This document shows, piece after piece, positions 6,295-10,893 of a stretch of 10,893 nucleotides of DNA. Location of the stretch: the NCBI GenBank assembly GCA_043812975.1, contig JBDRLP010000006.1, forward strand, positions 1 through 10,893. Direction: 5' to 3'. Source of the DNA: Candidatus Iainarchaeum sp. (GTDB taxonomy: Archaea > Iainarchaeota > Iainarchaeia > Iainarchaeales > Iainarchaeaceae). The translations under genes and the position numbers were made by a program. The notes below the pieces were generated by a model. That model was not told the DNA's origin. It worked only from the letters and a program-made list of their open reading frames with translations, and ran no database searches. How positions within the stretch are numbered: the stretch's first letter is position 1; each line of letters begins with the position of its first letter.

Positions 6295-9048
6295 TCACGT
6301 TCGCATGAATTTTAATGCTTCCGGGAATAAACGCCACATGTTTGGTTTTGTAAGTATTTTTCCTACAAAGCGTGAGGGCCTGTCCATGTCTCCGTGTTCA
6401 CTTAAAAATTCCCCGATTTTTGCCTTTTCCATTCTCTGAAACAGCCTGTCAAGCTGTTCCTCGTTTTTGCTATTCAGAAACTGCCTTATTTTCCAGTGTA
6501 ACCTTAGTTCTTTATTAAGTTCAGAACAGTTCTTTTCATAATTTTTTAATGGCTTGTTGTCTTTGAAATAAGCATTTATAGAATCAGCAGCTATTTTTCC
6601 TGCTTCAGCACCAAGGATTATTCCTCCGCCTGTGTTATGCAAGAGGATAGGCCCTATTCCCCCTGTAAACATTTGCGTTTCCGGGATTTCAACATCAAAA
6701 ACATTTGAATCGGTTGTTTTTACTTTTCTTATTTCTTTCACTTTCAGAAGTATAATTTTTTGTGTTAAAATATTTTTAATAAATTCGTTATCATTATTTT
6801 TTGTTTTGCTGAAAACCTGCACCAATCTTTGTGAACCAAGATTTTTGTATGATTCATAAGAGTTTCCGAATTCTTTAAGGAGCTCCTGTTTAATATTTTT
6901 TGTTTCAAGTAATTCTTTCGGAATTTTTTGGGTTTCTCTTCCTGACATTTTTTGAATAAATTTTTCTATTTTTTTTTCTTTTTCCGGAAAAATGTTTTTC
7001 AGTTCATGCATGTCTTTTTTGCGTGAAAAAGTTATCCGATATGATTCTAAACAGCCAAACTCTTTTCCAAAAATACGCCTGTTTTTTGGTTTCTCGGATT
7101 CTATTGACGGGAACAAGCCAAGTTGAAATGACAGCAAAACAAGGTCGCTTGCCATTTTTCTGCTAACTGTTTTTGCGCTGAGTTCAATTGAACGATGCCT
7201 CCTGTTTTTGTTTTCTCTTATCCTTATTGTTCCGTCTCCTCTTAAATATCCTTTCAAAAATTCTTTTTTCAGTTCTTCTTCAATATTAAAAATAATCCAC
7301 GGTATTTGTTTGCCTTTCGCTTTTATTCCGCATTCAAAAACATTTTGAAAAAGATTTTTTGCAATTTCCCCCCCGAAAGTTAATGAGTATGCTGTTTCTT
7401 TGCTGTTTTCCGGGTTTTTTTTGCCAGTAATTTTTTCAGGTCGTACTCCTAATCCTTTTTGTATGCATTTCACCGCGTCTTCGAGATAGCCTTTTTTCTT
7501 GTCTTCTATTCCCATTGTAATCGTAAGATTGTTTTCTTTGTAAGAGCCCTCGGCTGCAAAATAACCCAGAAGTCTGCATAGTTCTTTTGTAATTGGGAGT
7601 TTGTCCTCATAAAACAGTGATCCTTTGTAAAGGCTGATTTTCGTGTTTTGTGGCCTTATACCTTTTTCCAAAAATTTTGTCAGGGGTATGATGTTTTTAT
7701 AGTAGTATTGGCTCGCTTTTCCTTTTTCAACTTCTTTATAATTTTGGTAAATCTTCTCCTTTAAACCATGCACCATAATTTTTTTTGCTGTTTCTGGACA
7801 TTTTTCCATGAGTTCCTTTATAATATTAATTTCCTTGATTATTCTTCCCTTTGGAATGTTGGTGTTAAGAGCCATTATATCTTTTCCTTGTTGTAGTTTA
7901 TCTGTGTATTTTGCAGAAAAACTATTTTTTGTTGCAACCATCACGCTGTGGCTTGCAGTTGCTTTAACTCTATACCCTTTTTCCAGAATTATTTCATAAA
8001 GATCTTCCTCAATTTTGTGTCTTAGAATATTTTTTATTTCTCTAAAGCCATTTTTTTTCGCTTTTTCATCCGGGGAAAAAGCGCGTATTTCTTTTTTTGG
8101 AACAGCTATCTCATAGTTTTCTGAGGAAATTATTTCGTTTTTTGGATTGGTGAATTCTTTATCTGCAAGTTTACCTATTTTCTCATTTCTTATAAAACCT
8201 TTTTCATCAAGCAAAACAATCGGCTCTTCATAATCAATGCTTGTTGCTTTTGTCTGGAAAGCAGAATCTCCAACCAAAAGCATGTTGTCATGGACAATAT
8301 TTTTCAAGGGTTCCCCAACAGGAATTAAAGAACTGCACCTGTCACAAAATTCTCCTGAAATATTTTTTTCATTTACAAACATTTCGAAATCTTTTCTAAT
8401 GTTTTTTGACGTGCTTGCCAAACCAATTCTGGCTTGTTCTTCATTTTCAGGAACTATCCACGCAAAAAATCCTTTTGAATAATCGCCCATGTAAATCTGA
8501 ACACACTTTGGGTCAAAGTTTCCTTTTGCAATAACCTGATAACCATGAACATAATTTTTAATATTTGTTTGAAAACCCATTAAGCTTCGTGTTTTAGAAT
8601 TAACTCCGTCAGCTCCCACGATTAGTTTTGATTTTTGCAAACCTCCTCTTCCTTTATACTCAGTAAAAATTGTTTCATTTCTAATATCAATCATTTTTGT
8701 ATTAAGATTTATTTCAACTCCTGCTTCTGTTGCTTCTCTTGCAAGAACCCTGTCAAATTCTTTTCTGTCAATAACATAAGCTACAGTTGAACTTTTTTTT
8801 ACTTCTATCATCTCATGATTTGGTGAATAAATTTGAGCCCCTTTAATTTTGTTCACCAAAGTTTCTTCAACTTCTTTTCGTATGCCGACATCCTCGACTC
8901 CGGTAGCACTAATAATTCCTGTGCAGTTAACTGGGTTGCCAATAACATTGTGTTCTTCAAGTACTGAGGTTTTCCACCCCATTTCCTGACATTTTCTGGC
9001 AGTGATCAACCCAGCAGGACCTCCTCCGATAACAGTAACCATGTTCAT
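6295..9048 (-). CDS. Geranylgeranyl reductase family FAD oxidoreductase (DGGGPL reductase-like) containing an intein
   Basis: FAD motif 'VIGGGPAG', plus 'CTGIIS', 'IDRKEFDRVLA', 'IVGADGVNS', 'FFAWIVP' and 'LVGDSAFQTKAT|TGGGI'. The spliced product would be 269+112 = 381 aa, a normal GGR length. Confidence 0.9.
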   Translation of the reverse strand: MNMVTVIGGGPAGLITARKCQEMGWKTSVLEEHNVIGNPVNCTGIISATGVEDVGIRKEVEETLVNKIKGAQIYSPNHEMIEVKKSSTVAYVIDRKEFDRVLAREATEAGVEINLNTKMIDIRNETIFTEYKGRGGLQKSKLIVGADGVNSKTRSLMGFQTNIKNYVHGYQVIAKGNFDPKCVQIYMGDYSKGFFAWIVPENEEQARIGLASTSKNIRKDFEMFVNEKNISGEFCDRCSSLIPVGEPLKNIVHDNMLLVGDSAFQTKATSIDYEEPIVLLDEKGFIRNEKIGKLADKEFTNPKNEIISSENYEIAVPKKEIRAFSPDEKAKKNGFREIKNILRHKIEEDLYEIILEKGYRVKATASHSVMVATKNSFSAKYTDKLQQGKDIMALNTNIPKGRIIKEINIIKELMEKCPETAKKIMVHGLKEKIYQNYKEVEKGKASQYYYKNIIPLTKFLEKGIRPQNTKISLYKGSLFYEDKLPITKELCRLLGYFAAEGSYKENNLTITMGIEDKKKGYLEDAVKCIQKGLGVRPEKITGKKNPENSKETAYSLTFGGEIAKNLFQNVFECGIKAKGKQIPWIIFNIEEELKKEFLKGYLRGDGTIRIRENKNRRHRSIELSAKTVSRKMASDLVLLSFQLGLFPSIESEKPKNRRIFGKEFGCLESYRITFSRKKDMHELKNIFPEKEKKIEKFIQKMSGRETQKIPKELLETKNIKQELLKEFGNSYESYKNLGSQRLVQVFSKTKNNDNEFIKNILTQKIILLKVKEIRKVKTTDSNVFDVEIPETQMFTGGIGPILLHNTGGGIILGAEAGKIAADSINAYFKDNKPLKNYEKNCSELNKELRLHWKIRQFLNSKNEEQLDRLFQRMEKAKIGEFLSEHGDMDRPSRFVGKILTKPNMWRLFPEALKFMRT
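6634..8241 (-). mobile_element. Intein (536 aa) with a LAGLIDADG homing endonuclease
   Basis: Block A 'SIDYEEPIVL' (Ser1), block B 'VKATASHSV', LAGLIDADG motifs 'LLGYFAAEG' and 'FLKGYLRGDG', block F 'VFDVEIP' and block G 'ILLHN', followed by Thr+1. Confidence 0.93.
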
Positions 9049-9114
9049 GTTAATTTCACTAAATAGAAAAGAGAGAACCTTTTTTTAGTTGTTTTTGTTA
9101 GGTTGTTAAAAACT

Positions 9115-10893
9115 TTAATCATCGTTCCAGGCGAATTTACCTGATTTTTCTTCAGGCTCTTTCTTGAATAAGCCTCCAAGACTGCTTGTTTTTCCCTTAT
9201 AAACCGTGTGAAGACCTTCGCTTTTCAATCCATTTCCGTTCTTTTTCATTCTGTGGAACAGGAATGCGCCTCCGCCAAGAATGCCGATTCCGCCAAGCAA
9301 AATTATTAAGATTGCAGCTATAATGAAAATTATCCAGAGTATATCTGACAAAGGAGTTATTTCAATAGGGTTTTGTCTGCTTTGTTCAAGTAATACAGGC
9401 GGTGCTTTGTAAGAATCAAACTGACTTGCAACATCATTTGCCTGTTGGTCAGTCAAACCTGTTGCTGCAATATATTCAACAGTGACTTCCTTATTGTTTG
9501 CAATTTCACCCAAATCAAATTTGATTATTGGATCCTGCTGAACAACGCTAAATTGCTGATCAGAAATAATATTGTCTGCATTATTGGTAACACCTTTTGG
9601 TATTATTTCAATTAACTGTAATGTTTTTATCTGGCCGCTGTTTTTGAAAGTAATAATTATTGTTGCTTTCAATCCATTATCGGTTTTTGTAATTAATAGT
9701 TTTCTTTCAGGAGAATTTTCCATGAACAATGTTTGTGCTTCTGAAAGAAGTTCTTCTTTAACTCCTGCATTCCTAAAAATAGTCAGAAGGTCAGAAGTAT
9801 TGAAAGAACCATTTTTTTCAATAAAAATTTCTTCATTCATGTTGTATACTTCAATTTCTATTTCTGCAACTGTCTTGTTGCCTGCCTTGTCCTGAGCACT
9901 GACTTCTAATTTATAGGTTTTGTTTAATTTTGAATTAGAATTCCAGCTGACTTCATAAAAATCACCTTTCTTTTCTAATGTGCCAATTCTGATTCCTTCA
10001 ACAAAGGCTTCTACTTTCTCAATTCCACTGTCAGAATCATCTGCACTAACCTTGATTAAAACCTGTCCGCCTACTTTTTCTCCTTCTGTTGGAGAATCAA
10101 TTGTTATTTCTGGTTTTACTGAATCAACTGTGAATTCAATCTGCTTTTCACAGGTGTTCTCTTCATTATCTTCTCCCTGAACAAGAATACTTCCTGTGCC
10201 TGATAGTTCCTCAGGAACCAAATATGTTTCTTCAAATCTTGCGCCTTCCTTGTTGGTTGATAAAGTTTCATAACCGCTTCCAGGCATTTTTACTTTAATA
10301 TCCGCATCAAATAAGTCTCCGCCACTTACAGATATATCAATGTTAAGTTCTCCTGCTTTCACGTTTTCAGGAACATCAATGTTAATTCCTAGTGAACATG
10401 AGCCCCCTGATAATAATACTTTTTTGTCAACACTTCTTACTCCTTCATTGCCAACATTATCAATTGCCTGAACCCTGTAATAATAAGCAATTCCTTTCAC
10501 TAAACTGGAATCCTCATCTGTATAGTTAGTTCTTTCAATTCCTGTGAATTTTTTTACTCCGGGTTCATTGACCTCAAAGCCACTGTCTTTGCTTCGGTAA
10601 ACATTGTATTCTCTGATTCCTGAATTATTTCCTGAAGGTTTGTCATTGGGTTCATCCCATGAAAGGAAAATACTTCCGTCACTCTGGCTTATTCCAAAAA
10701 TGTTTGTAGGCACATCAGGGCCTGTTTTATCAATTTTAATTTTGTAGTGGTCTGTTGAACTGCATCCATTAGAATTGCATGCTGCAAGATGGAACCAAAC
10801 AATTCCGTCTTCTCTGTTTGAATAATTTTTTTCTCTTGTAGTTCCTGTGCTGTCATTCCCGCTGTCAATAGTGTAATCTTCAGTATCATTCAA
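9115..10893 (-). CDS. Large membrane-anchored surface protein with FN3 and Ig-like domains (probably 5'-partial)
   Basis: FN3 features 'LSWDEP...YNVYRS...YYYRVQAIDNVGNEG'. Bacterial Ig-like features 'DSVKPEITIDSP...DSDSGIEKVE...AQDKAGN'. A C-terminal TM helix 'ILWIIFIIAAILIILLGGIGILGGGAFLF' is followed by a basic tail. The frame is open to the window edge. Confidence 0.85.
   Translation of the reverse strand: MNDTEDYTIDSGNDSTGTTREKNYSNREDGIVWFHLAACNSNGCSSTDHYKIKIDKTGPDVPTNIFGISQSDGSIFLSWDEPNDKPSGNNSGIREYNVYRSKDSGFEVNEPGVKKFTGIERTNYTDEDSSLVKGIAYYYRVQAIDNVGNEGVRSVDKKVLLSGGSCSLGINIDVPENVKAGELNIDISVSGGDLFDADIKVKMPGSGYETLSTNKEGARFEETYLVPEELSGTGSILVQGEDNEENTCEKQIEFTVDSVKPEITIDSPTEGEKVGGQVLIKVSADDSDSGIEKVEAFVEGIRIGTLEKKGDFYEVSWNSNSKLNKTYKLEVSAQDKAGNKTVAEIEIEVYNMNEEIFIEKNGSFNTSDLLTIFRNAGVKEELLSEAQTLFMENSPERKLLITKTDNGLKATIIITFKNSGQIKTLQLIEIIPKGVTNNADNIISDQQFSVVQQDPIIKFDLGEIANNKEVTVEYIAATGLTDQQANDVASQFDSYKAPPVLLEQSRQNPIEITPLSDILWIIFIIAAILIILLGGIGILGGGAFLFHRMKKNGNGLKSEGLHTVYKGKTSSLGGLFKKEPEEKSGKFAWNDD

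Noticed and set aside
888..10889. Other short track ORFs overlapping larger genes (888, 1220, 1700, 2455, 3014, 4101, 5067, 6632, 7808, 8237, 9572, 9980, 10689)
   Set aside because: They are antisense or alternate-frame shadows of well-supported genes, with no motifs.
1..10893. CRISPR array or rRNA
   Set aside because: No regularly spaced 25-45-nt repeats and no long GC-rich structured RNA region were seen.

Overview
AT-rich archaeal window, most consistent with a small-genome DPANN-type archaeon. This is an inference from the TATA boxes, GGAGG/GTGA RBSs, an A1-U72 tRNA-Gln without encoded CCA, a BHB-type tRNA intron, a geranylgeranyl reductase and VirB2-like pilins. Left to right it holds: the start of a secreted protein; a TrbC/VirB2-like pilin; a small ORF missed by the track; a YwgA/Panacea-like gene paired with an acylphosphatase-fold gene; a C-terminally truncated CpaF/VirB11 ATPase; small orphans, a zinc-finger protein and a DUF192 protein; a free-standing HTH-LAGLIDADG endonuclease whose last codons and stop lie inside a tRNA-Gln(CTG) gene that carries a 44-nt non-canonical D-loop intron; a geranylgeranyl reductase with a 536-aa LAGLIDADG intein; and the 3' part of a membrane-anchored FN3/Ig-like surface protein. 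The best candidate for a new system is the endonuclease-tRNA-intron unit at 4504-5565.
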